Part shown: positions 37,500-47,138 of the stretch, piece by piece
Layout of the letters: the number at the start of each line of letters is the position of its first letter
Position numbering within the stretch: the stretch's first letter is position 1
Virus record (IMG/VR): IMGVR_UViG_3300005095_000141
Span: 1-60,538 of that record
Direction: 5' to 3' (one strand)
Source: a virus
Lineage: Duplodnaviria; Caudoviricetes
Length of the DNA stretch: 60,538 nucleotides
Position numbers and translations under genes: made by a program
Notes under the pieces: generated by a model
Database searches by the model: none
Told to the model about the DNA's origin: nothing
Seen by the model: only the letters and a program-made list of their open reading frames with translations

Positions 37500-38552
37500 T
37501 TGAATAGAGGTGGTTTTTTGGAGCTTGACGGTTTCTACGAGAAGTTCTATAAGGGAAGGTTTTACCGAGAGGTAGGCATTAGGGAGAACGACAGGTTTAG
37601 CAGGTTTGTAGTGCGTAACAAGGTGCAGTTCTACCGGTTTCTGCGTGCTAATAGGTCTGAGAATAAGGACGTATATGCTGGACTGTACGATGTGCCCAGC
37701 ATTAACTCGATGGTTATTGACAGGATAATGCTTGATGTTGACTGGCATGATGGAAGCATTAACACACAGCTAGAGATGTCATACCGGTATATGAGGAAGG
37801 TTGCCGACAGGCTTGACGATGTAGGTATAGAGTATATGCTGTTCTTTACGGGGCGTGGATACCACTTCTATATTGATTTTGAACCTGTGCATATTAACAA
37901 CGTTGGAGATGCACTGCTTGGCTTTGTACAGATGCTTGGAATAGAAGAGTATGTAGATAAGAAAGTGTTTGACATACGGAGACTTGCCCGTGTGCCGTTC
38001 ACGTACAACACAGCTACCGGTCTTATGATGGTACCGGTAAGGAAGAATATGGAGCTTGAAGAGATAGTTAGACGTGCACGAAGCAGTAACGTGTTTGAAA
38101 CAATAGATTTGCCCGATAACGACTGGATAGCGGATGTACTGAAACAGCTAGACGTTGCGAAGACTGTAAGTGGAGACGTTAAGGACAGAGTGCCGTTCTT
38201 CAAGAAGTACAGGGAGTACAGATGGTTTCCGAGATGCGTTAGGAATGCATTGAACCAGTTGCTTGTTACCGGAGAGCTTGACCATTACCAGAGATTGTTT
38301 CTTGCATGGTTTCTGCTACGCATATACCCGGTAGAAGAAGTAGAGAAGATATTTAGGCTGGCGAAAGACTATAAGCCATACTATACCCGGTACCAGCTAG
38401 AATACATTAAGAGCAGGAAGCACAAGATATACAAGTGTGCCCGTATAAAAGACGAGCTTGGGCTTTGCCCGTACCAGAACATGCATGAGTGCCCGTTCTA
38501 CCCGTGGCTGGAAGCATGGTTGCCTAGGTGGGAGGATGCGCCTGTCCAGTAA
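37500..38552 (+). CDS. Archaeo-eukaryotic primase, PriS-PriL fusion
   Basis: LDVD, FTGRGYH and RLARVP (AEP) plus FPRCV..LDHYQR..TRYQ..C..C (PriL Fe-S C-terminal domain). Confidence 0.88.
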   Translation: MNRGGFLELDGFYEKFYKGRFYREVGIRENDRFSRFVVRNKVQFYRFLRANRSENKDVYAGLYDVPSINSMVIDRIMLDVDWHDGSINTQLEMSYRYMRKVADRLDDVGIEYMLFFTGRGYHFYIDFEPVHINNVGDALLGFVQMLGIEEYVDKKVFDIRRLARVPFTYNTATGLMMVPVRKNMELEEIVRRARSSNVFETIDLPDNDWIADVLKQLDVAKTVSGDVKDRVPFFKKYREYRWFPRCVRNALNQLLVTGELDHYQRLFLAWFLLRIYPVEEVEKIFRLAKDYKPYYTRYQLEYIKSRKHKIYKCARIKDELGLCPYQNMHECPFYPWLEAWLPRWEDAPVQ

Positions 38553-40593
38553 GTTAGCTTATGTGCCCGGAAGAAAGCTTAGGATGTACGGTCTTATTGA
38601 CGGAGAGTACAGGGAGTTTGTACCGCCGAGGCCGTATATGTTTAGTGTTGTGGAGCCGAGGAATATTGATGCTGAGGTCGAGAAGACCGATTTAGTGGAC
38701 AAGATTACCGGTAGGAAGGTGTGGAAGATTAGTGCTGAGAGACCCAGCCTTATACCGAGGCTTAGGAACAAGATTGGCTATAATAATACGAGGGAAGCAG
38801 ATGTACGGTTCGACGTAGTGCTTATGAAAGACTATGTGCTTGAGTCTGCATTTAGTGCAGGTAATGTGTGCTTCTTAGACATTGAGGTGTGGGATGAAAA
38901 CGGTTTTCCTAGGTCTGACAGAGACAGAATAGTTGCTGTGTCTGTGACCAGCTATAACGGTAGCGATACGATGTTTTTCTACGTGGGCAACTATGGGGAT
39001 AGCGAGGCAGAGATGCTTCGTGCCCTTACCGATTATATGATGCGTAAGAAGTACAGTGTGGTTGTAGGCTGGAATATAGGGTTTGACGCCGAGTACTTGC
39101 TTGACAGGATGAAGATTAACGGTATTGATACGCTGTTCTATGATACGTTGCAGTTTATTGATTTGCGTGACGAGTACAAGGCGAGTGTTAAAGGGCTTGG
39201 GATTTATACGTTGTTGAACGTTGCGAAGCATGAGGGATTGTCTGGCTATGAGATTAAGAAGAAGTACGAGGATAAGCGGATATACCAGATGAGCGAGAAG
39301 GAGCTTGAGGAGTACAATGTTAACGATGTGAAGATGCTTGTTGATATTGAGCGTAAATACGGGTTTGTGAACGTGCTTGTGGAGTTTGCTAACCGGTTTA
39401 ACGTTACCGTTGAGCATGCTATGAAGCCCATAGTACGTAGCGACGTGATTATACTGAGGCGTATAAGGGAGCTTGGATACGTTGCTAAGAATGTGGATAG
39501 GAATAAGAAGAAGCATGGATACGAGGGAGCAATTGTTCTTCAGCCGCCGCTACCGGGGCTGTACAGAAATGTTGTTGAGTACGACTTCGATGCGATGTAC
39601 CCGAACATTATACGGATAAAGAAGATAGATATTGACGGTTTTAACGGAGAGGTTCTGCCGCACATTATTGACCGTTTGTATGCTGAGAGGCTGGAGGCTA
39701 AGCGCAAGTACAAGCTTACAGGAGATGTTAGATACGATGTTAAGCAGAAGGCGCTGAAAGTAGCTATGAACACATTGTACGGTGTATTTGGCAACAAGCA
39801 TTTCCGGTACTTTGACGAGAGGAAAGCAGAGATGGTAACGGCGAACGGAAGGAAACTGATACGGGGAGTGAAAGAGTTTGTGGAGAAGAACGGGTACTTT
39901 GTGGTGTATGGCGATACGGATAGTTTGTTCATTCAGAACCCGTATGTTGACGGGGAGAAGCTTGTGGAGTGGGCGAGGGCTACTGAGAGGCTGTTGAACG
40001 TGTTGATTAGGCCGTTTTCGCTTAAGCTTGAGGCTGTTGGAGACATACTGTTTCCGGCGGCGGCTACTAAGAAGAATGAGGCGCCGAAGAAGCGCTATAT
40101 TTTCAGGACGATAGACGGTAACTGGATTATACGTGGTATAGAGATACGTCGTGGTGACTGGGACGAGTTTACGAAGATGGTGGTGTGGAACGTGATACAG
40201 ATGATTTTTGAGGGTAAGTCGGAGAAGGAGATACGGGAGTATTTGAAGCAGGAGAAAGAAATGCTGTATATGGGCGTGTATGACCGTATGTTGATTATTA
40301 GCAAGGGGATTGACCCGGAGAAAAACTATAAGCAGTTGAACGCAGAGCATTTACGTGCATACCGGAAGCTGTGTCAGAGGCTTGGTGTTGATAGGCTGAA
40401 CATTGATACTGTGATGTACGTGTATGCTGGGAACGACGTGTACCCGGTTCTTACCGAGAAGGATGTTGACGCTATACGTGGTAAGCTGAACTATACCCGG
40501 TACTGGAACAGGCTGATGCGGTCTGTGCTTCGATACTTAATGGCTATAACTACACAGAATGCGCATACCTTGGAGGAGTGGTCTCGTGTCTGA
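38536..40593 (+). CDS. polB: Family B DNA polymerase with 3'-5' exonuclease
   Basis: DIE, GWN..FD, YN..D, DFDAMYP, K...NTLYG and YGDTDS. Confidence 0.96.
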   Translation: MRLSSKLAYVPGRKLRMYGLIDGEYREFVPPRPYMFSVVEPRNIDAEVEKTDLVDKITGRKVWKISAERPSLIPRLRNKIGYNNTREADVRFDVVLMKDYVLESAFSAGNVCFLDIEVWDENGFPRSDRDRIVAVSVTSYNGSDTMFFYVGNYGDSEAEMLRALTDYMMRKKYSVVVGWNIGFDAEYLLDRMKINGIDTLFYDTLQFIDLRDEYKASVKGLGIYTLLNVAKHEGLSGYEIKKKYEDKRIYQMSEKELEEYNVNDVKMLVDIERKYGFVNVLVEFANRFNVTVEHAMKPIVRSDVIILRRIRELGYVAKNVDRNKKKHGYEGAIVLQPPLPGLYRNVVEYDFDAMYPNIIRIKKIDIDGFNGEVLPHIIDRLYAERLEAKRKYKLTGDVRYDVKQKALKVAMNTLYGVFGNKHFRYFDERKAEMVTANGRKLIRGVKEFVEKNGYFVVYGDTDSLFIQNPYVDGEKLVEWARATERLLNVLIRPFSLKLEAVGDILFPAAATKKNEAPKKRYIFRTIDGNWIIRGIEIRRGDWDEFTKMVVWNVIQMIFEGKSEKEIREYLKQEKEMLYMGVYDRMLIISKGIDPEKNYKQLNAEHLRAYRKLCQRLGVDRLNIDTVMYVYAGNDVYPVLTEKDVDAIRGKLNYTRYWNRLMRSVLRYLMAITTQNAHTLEEWSRV

Positions 40594-41344
40594 AGTAGAG
40601 CCTAGTGAAGAGGAGATTAGAAGGTTTATGCAGAAGTATTACCCGGAGTACGCAGGTAATTTGGAGCTTGGCAGGATACTGTACAAGAGGTTTATGAAGA
40701 AGAAGTATGGTAGAAAGGGTGGCGGGGGAAGATATGCTAGAAAAAATATTGGTGATATAAGTGCTAGGGAGCGTGTAGAGGTTGAAGGGGTAATTGCGGA
40801 TGTTTACCGTGAATACGAGTATGTTGGCTGTGCTGTTTGCCGTAGGAAGAACTGTAATAACCCTAGGCATAGGGGTAGGAGGACGTATGTTGTAAAGAGC
40901 TTTGTGCTTGGAGATAATACCGGTACTGTGCATGTGTCGTATATTGTGCCGAAGGAGGAGAATGGCTCTGAGATAGAGGTTGGATGCAAGGTTGTTGTGC
41001 GTGGATATGTGAAGAACTACAGGGGCAATAACGAGATTGTTGCTGATAGTGTTGAGGTGAAGAAAAAAGTAAATATACGTGATGTGCAGAATGATAGTGT
41101 TGAAGGAGAGGAAGCTGATGAGCCAAGTTCTAGTTCTGAACCTGTACATGAGGATACGGAGGATACTGATAAGAAGAGCAGGATTGACGACCTATTGTCT
41201 GCACTTGGAGTGTTTGGTAAGCTTAAGAAAGAGTTGTTCCCGGTTGTTCTTGACAGGTATGGTCTTAGCTGGGATGATGTTAAACCGTATGTTGAAGTTG
41301 TGGAGGAGGGAGGAGAGGAATGGGTAGTGGTGAAGAAACAATAG
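40586..41344 (+). CDS. OB-fold ssDNA-binding protein (RPA-like) with Zn finger
   Basis: VEGVI..CAVC..C..H..LGDNTG..VVVRGYV. Confidence 0.7.
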   Translation: MSEVEPSEEEIRRFMQKYYPEYAGNLELGRILYKRFMKKKYGRKGGGGRYARKNIGDISARERVEVEGVIADVYREYEYVGCAVCRRKNCNNPRHRGRRTYVVKSFVLGDNTGTVHVSYIVPKEENGSEIEVGCKVVVRGYVKNYRGNNEIVADSVEVKKKVNIRDVQNDSVEGEEADEPSSSSEPVHEDTEDTDKKSRIDDLLSALGVFGKLKKELFPVVLDRYGLSWDDVKPYVEVVEEGGEEWVVVKKQ

Positions 41345-41985
41345 CGCAGGAGATTAAGACCAAGTTTTACCGGGCTGTGCTTGACGAGATAGCCGAGGAT
41401 AGGAGTAATGAGGTGCATGTTACTGATTTGGTGTATGATTGTTTGAGGCGTGCGTATTTTGAGAAGAAATATGGGGAGACGCCGTCTGATGAGAGCGGGG
41501 CGCTTGTACTGTGGATTGGCAAGAAACTGCATGAGACACCTGTTTGTGACGGGCATGAAGTACCGCTTGAATACTCTGTCAATACCGATAATGGGATGGT
41601 GGCGGTGAAGGGAAGTATTGATGAGCTTTGCACTGTTGACGATAAGATTGTTATTGTGGATAAGAAGAGCACTAGGTCTGCACCGAGCAAACCGCATGAG
41701 CACCATGTTAAGCAGGTAATGTTTTATGCGGCGATGCTGTACAAGACGAAGGGGATAAAGGCTGACTATGGTGCGATACTGTATATTGATGTTGCGAACC
41801 TGTACAGCAGAGTGCATGTATTCCCGATAACGCTGGCGGATATAGAGTTGCATGCCGATGAGCTTGAGAAAAAGGCGGCTGAGCTTTGGAATTCGATGCA
41901 AACAGGTGTTTTGCCGAGGAAGAAGGCCGGGTGGCTGTGTAAGTATTGTCCGTACTGGAGGAAATGCATACGTGATACTGCTTAG
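41320..41985 (+). CDS. cas4: Solo Cas4-like PD-(D/E)xK exonuclease
   Basis: VTDL..C.RR, G..LH, GSID, VDKK, QVMFY and C..CPY...C. Confidence 0.88.
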   Translation: MGSGEETIAQEIKTKFYRAVLDEIAEDRSNEVHVTDLVYDCLRRAYFEKKYGETPSDESGALVLWIGKKLHETPVCDGHEVPLEYSVNTDNGMVAVKGSIDELCTVDDKIVIVDKKSTRSAPSKPHEHHVKQVMFYAAMLYKTKGIKADYGAILYIDVANLYSRVHVFPITLADIELHADELEKKAAELWNSMQTGVLPRKKAGWLCKYCPYWRKCIRDTA

Positions 41986-41996
41986 AGGTGGTCTGC

Positions 41997-42827
41997 ATGG
42001 AGCTTAAGATATTCATTCTGTGTGCAGGATATGGGAAGCGTGTTAGACCGGTTACTGGTGGTAAGCAGAAGTGTGCAGAGACCGTTAGGGTTGATTATGA
42101 GGAGTTGCCGATGTTTATGCATCAGATGAGAGTTATTAGTAAAGCTATGGATGACATTGCCCGTATTATTGGTGGGATTGAGTATGGCTTTTACCTAGTG
42201 GTGGGATACCGGGCGGACGATATTATTGATGCTATTGCAGAGTATGGTAGTGAAGTTGGACGAATACATGGTGTTCTGTATCAGCACGCTATTGACGGCA
42301 TAGGTGGTGCTTGGAACAGGATACGTGCGTTTCTGGACGGCGAGATGGTTGACGATGAAGATATGGTTGTTATTGTTAACTGCGACGACCATATAGGAGT
42401 TGATGATGCATACCGGTTTCTGCTTAGGACGATTCTGTTCTGGAGCGATACTAGTGTAGGGGCAGTGCTTGCCGCTAAGAATATTGTTGACGAATGCTCT
42501 GATGACGGTGACTGTAGAATAGTGTATGATGTTGAGAGATACGTGAATAAGACGATACTTGTGACTAGACGTGGGTGGAACGTGGCCGTTGACATTATAC
42601 CGAGGCTGGCAAGTGCCGATGAGCTACCGGATATTGACAGGTATGACCTGTACCTTGGAGTAGGATGGTATGCTGTGCGTAAACGATATGTTAACGCTGT
42701 ACGGTGCTGTGCCGAGTTTGAACCAGACGTGCAGGCGATTGTTAGTAGTAGGCTTGTACTGTTGAGCAGAGTTAATAAGTGGATAGACATGGGTAACCCG
42801 GAGATACTTGCTAAGTACCGTGCTTAG
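41997..42827 (+). CDS. Sugar-phosphate nucleotidyltransferase
   Basis: ILCAGYGKRV....K, NCDD and WIDMG. Confidence 0.8.
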   Translation: MELKIFILCAGYGKRVRPVTGGKQKCAETVRVDYEELPMFMHQMRVISKAMDDIARIIGGIEYGFYLVVGYRADDIIDAIAEYGSEVGRIHGVLYQHAIDGIGGAWNRIRAFLDGEMVDDEDMVVIVNCDDHIGVDDAYRFLLRTILFWSDTSVGAVLAAKNIVDECSDDGDCRIVYDVERYVNKTILVTRRGWNVAVDIIPRLASADELPDIDRYDLYLGVGWYAVRKRYVNAVRCCAEFEPDVQAIVSSRLVLLSRVNKWIDMGNPEILAKYRA

Positions 42828-42835
42828 GTGGTAGC

Positions 42836-43927
42836 ATGTATGTTCCTGCATGGAGACCGGTTATGAGTGCTGATAGGAAGAAAAGATTTCTTGCGTATGT
42901 AAAGGACATACTTGGCGGTACTGTGTTTAGGAATGGAAAATACGTTGCAGAGCTTGAAAAGACATTTGCGAAGAGACATGGATATAGGCATGGAATAGCT
43001 GTTAGTAGTGGAGGAGCAGGTATTGAGGCGTTACTGTATTATTACCGTGTGCGTGGATATAGGAACGTTGTTGTGCCTGCGGTTAGTTTTTCCGCCGACT
43101 ATACGATACCGAGCGAGCTTGGATACAATGTTGTTGTAGTTGATACGTTGAAGGATAAGCCGTTGATAGACCCGGATAAGGTACGGAAGGCAGTGCTGTA
43201 CTATGGCAGGAGCGTTGTGATAGCGATACCGTATTTTGGATATGTTGACCGTGAATGGGTTAAGGCACTGCTTGAGGTGAAAGAGGAGAACCCCGGCATG
43301 GAGATTATATGGGATACTGCGCACTGCTATGGTGTGGAGCTTGGCCGATACGGTATTGACCCCGCAGTTATAAGCATGTACACGACCAAGATAAGCAGTG
43401 GAGACAATGCGGGCATGGTTCTTACCGATAATATGATGCTTAGGGATAAGCTGTTACTGATACGCAGGTACGGTATTGACGGTGACGGCAGAACCGTGTA
43501 TGTTGGGAACAACTTTGGTCTTAGCGAGTTTAGTGCGGCGTTCATACTGGCTGGAATGGATGATGCTGAGAAAAGAATAGAGTCTGGACGTGCAGGATAT
43601 GATGTGATTAAGGACGAGTTGCCCGTGTACCCGGAGAACGCTACTGATGACTACAACTACTATGTGGTTGCAGTTCGCGTTAACGATAGGAAGGAGGCTG
43701 AGAAGGCGCTGATTGAGAACGGTATAGAGCCTTGGACACACTATGTACCGGATACTGTTGATAGGGAGAAGGTGCGTGTGCTTCTACGTGTATTTGTGTT
43801 TCCCGGCAAAACAGTTAATGCGCACAGGTTTGTAGAGCAGAACGTGTTTTTGTCCCCCGGCATACTGTATGAGTACCGTGTGCTTGAAAAAGTAGTGGAT
43901 ATTCTTAGACCGTATGCGAGGTGGTAG
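42836..43927 (+). CDS. DegT/DnrJ/EryC1 PLP-dependent sugar aminotransferase
   Basis: G.YV.ELE..F, AVSSG, VVVPAVSF, DTAH and S.YTTK. Confidence 0.88.
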   Translation: MYVPAWRPVMSADRKKRFLAYVKDILGGTVFRNGKYVAELEKTFAKRHGYRHGIAVSSGGAGIEALLYYYRVRGYRNVVVPAVSFSADYTIPSELGYNVVVVDTLKDKPLIDPDKVRKAVLYYGRSVVIAIPYFGYVDREWVKALLEVKEENPGMEIIWDTAHCYGVELGRYGIDPAVISMYTTKISSGDNAGMVLTDNMMLRDKLLLIRRYGIDGDGRTVYVGNNFGLSEFSAAFILAGMDDAEKRIESGRAGYDVIKDELPVYPENATDDYNYYVVAVRVNDRKEAEKALIENGIEPWTHYVPDTVDREKVRVLLRVFVFPGKTVNAHRFVEQNVFLSPGILYEYRVLEKVVDILRPYARW

Positions 43928-44898
43928 ATGTGGAGAACGTGCTTGTAACAGGAGGTTCTGGACAGATAGCTTCGTATATAGTTGAGGAGTTCGTTAGGCG
44001 TGGATACAGGGTATTTGTACTTGACCCTGCACCGCCGCTTAGGGAATGGGCTGGCCTGATACATGATGATAAGATAGTGTATAAGCATGGTACAAGCTAT
44101 GATGTGCACCAGATATTCGACCTTGCAACATACCGGTTTAAGTATATTGTTGACTGCGGTGCATTGCTTGGAAGCGAGGAGCTAACGCCTAGGCTTGACA
44201 GTGCCGCCGCATACGACTTTATTGGTAGCAGGAACGTGTTCGAGCTTGCCAGATACATTGGTGCGAAAGTATTCCATATAAGCATAGAGTTTGCAGGGTA
44301 TGGCTTTACCGACGGCTATAGTGTGACGAAGATGGCGGCGCTTAGGACGGCACAGGAATACGCTAAGAAGTACGGAGTAAATATTGTTGCGGCGACCGTG
44401 CACCACATATTTAGCCCTAGGCAGAAACTGTTACCGGCTAGAAAGATTATGCCGACACTGATATCGTATGCAATGACAGGTGCTAAGTTCAGAATATTTG
44501 GAAGCCCGGACAAGATGATGGATTTACTGTATGCCGGCGACTTTGCAAAGGTTGTAGTGGAGCTTCTGGAGTCTGATAATACGAAGACGGCCGATAAGCA
44601 CGTATATGATATTGGGAGTGGAGAAGGAATACGGCTTGAAGACCTTGTGATTCGCACATACTATGAATGCGGGCATGAGCCGAACTATACTGTGACCGAA
44701 GACTTTAGATTCCAGAGGCCAGACCCGTACCGTGTAGCTAGGAATGACTGGGTTGACGATGTTGAACATGTACCGATGCTTAGGAGCATAGATAAGATGC
44801 TGAACTGGCTTGTACGACAGTATAAGAAGAAATATAGTATGGAGGACTTTGAGCTAGCAGTAGAGGTTTACGAGCAGAGGCATAGATGGGGTGTATAA
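43921..44898 (+). CDS. NAD-dependent sugar epimerase/dehydratase
   Basis: VTGGSGQIA and YSVTK. Confidence 0.88.
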   Translation: MVDVENVLVTGGSGQIASYIVEEFVRRGYRVFVLDPAPPLREWAGLIHDDKIVYKHGTSYDVHQIFDLATYRFKYIVDCGALLGSEELTPRLDSAAAYDFIGSRNVFELARYIGAKVFHISIEFAGYGFTDGYSVTKMAALRTAQEYAKKYGVNIVAATVHHIFSPRQKLLPARKIMPTLISYAMTGAKFRIFGSPDKMMDLLYAGDFAKVVVELLESDNTKTADKHVYDIGSGEGIRLEDLVIRTYYECGHEPNYTVTEDFRFQRPDPYRVARNDWVDDVEHVPMLRSIDKMLNWLVRQYKKKYSMEDFELAVEVYEQRHRWGV

Positions 44899-45601
44899 CG
44901 TGAAGTGGTGCCACGGAGACCCTAGATGCCCGTATTATTTTGAGCAACTGGTGAAGATAGCCAAGTACATGGTGGATACTGTTGGAAGGGATGAGGGTAA
45001 GTCAATACTGGATGTTGGTGCGGGGGATGGTTTGCTTGGTCATCTGCTACGCATATATGGGTTTAGAGGACGCATAGACGCTGTTGAGATAGATAATAAG
45101 AAAGCCTATGTGCTGAAGCAGAGCGGTATATACGGCCGTGTGTTTGAGAATGATTTTCTGGAGATGCGGTATTTGGAGTACGTTAACTACCATAACAGCT
45201 ATGATGCTGTTGCGATGATAAACTTTCTGTATGCATTTGGAGGAGTACTGGTGAACCTTGTGCTTGACACGGCTAGTTTGCTTGTGAAGAGACGTGGACA
45301 CGTGTTTTTTACGTTTACGAACAGGGAGTCGCCGATAACGAAGTTTCTGGCAGAGCGTGGTATTAAGAAGTCGCATACGCAGAGCAGAGAAGAAATAATT
45401 GATGCGTGTTTTAGGGCAGGTCTAGACCCTAGGTTTGTGCACGACCTTAGCATGTGGATAGTGCCGTTCAGTACCGGAGATAAGTGGACTGGAGAGCTAT
45501 ATACTGGTGCGAAGGCTATGCTGAAATGGATTAAGTTGGCTGTTAAGTATAGGAAGTTCGGGCCGATAGAGTATTTTGTCGACGCAGTACCGTATTACTG
45601 A
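44891..45601 (+). CDS. Class I SAM-dependent methyltransferase
   Basis: ILDVGAGDG, AVEID and YDAV. Confidence 0.88.
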   Translation: MYNVKWCHGDPRCPYYFEQLVKIAKYMVDTVGRDEGKSILDVGAGDGLLGHLLRIYGFRGRIDAVEIDNKKAYVLKQSGIYGRVFENDFLEMRYLEYVNYHNSYDAVAMINFLYAFGGVLVNLVLDTASLLVKRRGHVFFTFTNRESPITKFLAERGIKKSHTQSREEIIDACFRAGLDPRFVHDLSMWIVPFSTGDKWTGELYTGAKAMLKWIKLAVKYRKFGPIEYFVDAVPYY

Positions 45602-45611
45602 GGCGGTGTGC

Positions 45612-47138
45612 ATGGATGACCTTGGAAAACTGAGAGTACTTGTGACACAGTATTATTATTCAGCGAGAGACCTTACCGGGGTAAGCATGTTTAACTGGTA
45701 TAGGGCGCTGTATAAGGCGAATGAAGATAGGATGATTATGTATTTGGAGGTGCCGAGGGAATGGTGGAAGGAATGGGGAAAAGCATTTGTGGAGTATGAT
45801 ATTGATGATGATGAACTTGAAAAATACAGGAAAATGATTGGAGATAATGTAAGGTTTATACGTCTTGCCAGAGCTAGGGAGATGAAGGAGTGGGAGACAT
45901 ACATACCGACTGAGGATGAGCACAGGTTTGTAAGGAACATTCGTTCTATGCCGATTGATGTTATACTGAGCGGTACGTATGGCTATACGTGGTTGCCTGT
46001 TATTTCACAGCTTGAAAGGAAGAGTGCATATTATAGTGAGGTACGTGTACCGGTTATTCATTTTCAGCACGAGACGTGGAGAGACTATATTAGCATGCAG
46101 ATGCTTGGAACTAGGCAGTTAAAGACCATAATACTGATGAACATGGTGTTGTCTGATATGGTGTTTGTATTTAACGAGCCTGACAAGATAGCTGTGCTTG
46201 AGGAAGCTAAGAAACTTCTGTCGCATTCTGTCTATAACGATTTGAAGAAGAAGATAGAGATTGTGCACCCGATATACCCGTACTACGAGATTGACGATAA
46301 GACCGAGAGCTATATTGAGAGTAGGAAGGAACGGATTAGAAGAGAGAAGAAGGTTGTGTTTTACCATGCTGGCACGCCTGAAAAGAAGAGAAGGTTGCAC
46401 GTATTTGCCGATATATTGAAGAAACTGGTTGATGATGGTAGTGTAGATGCTAAGTTTAAGATGATAATAAGTAGTGCTGGTACGTATGAGAAAGAGCTAA
46501 AGAAGTTTTTTGGGCATGAAAGCATTGAAATGCTGTTTGCATTGCCTAGGCATAGGTTGATTGAAGAGATGCGTACTGCTGATATTGCTGTGTGTCTGAG
46601 CATTTACTACGGTACTGGTCTTGCGTGTCTAGAGGCTAGTGCTAGTGGTATGCTACCAATATACTGGAGGATACCGGATACTGTTGATAGGGTTCCGCCG
46701 AAGTACCCGTACCGTGTGGTTGATGAGAAGGAGCTGGAAGAGGTTGTTAAACAGCTTGGTGACCCGGCAGAGTTTCTTAAGGTGTATGATGAGTGGGCGC
46801 ACAAGGTTGCTAGGCATGTACAGAAGAATTTCGGTAGGGAAGAGGCTAGAAGGATATTTGACTTGATAGTGAAGCTGAGGAAACGATTTGTTGATGATTA
46901 CAGCGAGAAAAAGATACTGTTGTGGGATGCGTTTAAAGACGCAGTTGACAGCATACCGAGTGGATGGAAGGTTGACCATGAAAGGCTGATTTCGATTGTT
47001 TCTGCTATGACGAAGAAGGGCAAGAGGCCGAAAGAGATTAGGTCGCTTATTACCGAGATTGGACTGCGTATTCTTGCACATAAGTATGGACTGCGTGATA
47101 TAGGGGATATAGACAAGATTGTGTGGTGGAAGCCATGA
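45612..47138 (+). CDS. GT-B (GT4-like) glycosyltransferase
   Basis: AG...KKR and ADIAVCLS..YGTGLACLEA..SG. Confidence 0.75.
   Translation: MDDLGKLRVLVTQYYYSARDLTGVSMFNWYRALYKANEDRMIMYLEVPREWWKEWGKAFVEYDIDDDELEKYRKMIGDNVRFIRLARAREMKEWETYIPTEDEHRFVRNIRSMPIDVILSGTYGYTWLPVISQLERKSAYYSEVRVPVIHFQHETWRDYISMQMLGTRQLKTIILMNMVLSDMVFVFNEPDKIAVLEEAKKLLSHSVYNDLKKKIEIVHPIYPYYEIDDKTESYIESRKERIRREKKVVFYHAGTPEKKRRLHVFADILKKLVDDGSVDAKFKMIISSAGTYEKELKKFFGHESIEMLFALPRHRLIEEMRTADIAVCLSIYYGTGLACLEASASGMLPIYWRIPDTVDRVPPKYPYRVVDEKELEEVVKQLGDPAEFLKVYDEWAHKVARHVQKNFGREEARRIFDLIVKLRKRFVDDYSEKKILLWDAFKDAVDSIPSGWKVDHERLISIVSAMTKKGKRPKEIRSLITEIGLRILAHKYGLRDIGDIDKIVWWKP

Noticed and set aside
41320-41985. CRISPR-Cas system suggested by cas4
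   Set aside because: No repeat-spacer array or other cas genes were seen; solo Cas4 is common in archaeal viruses
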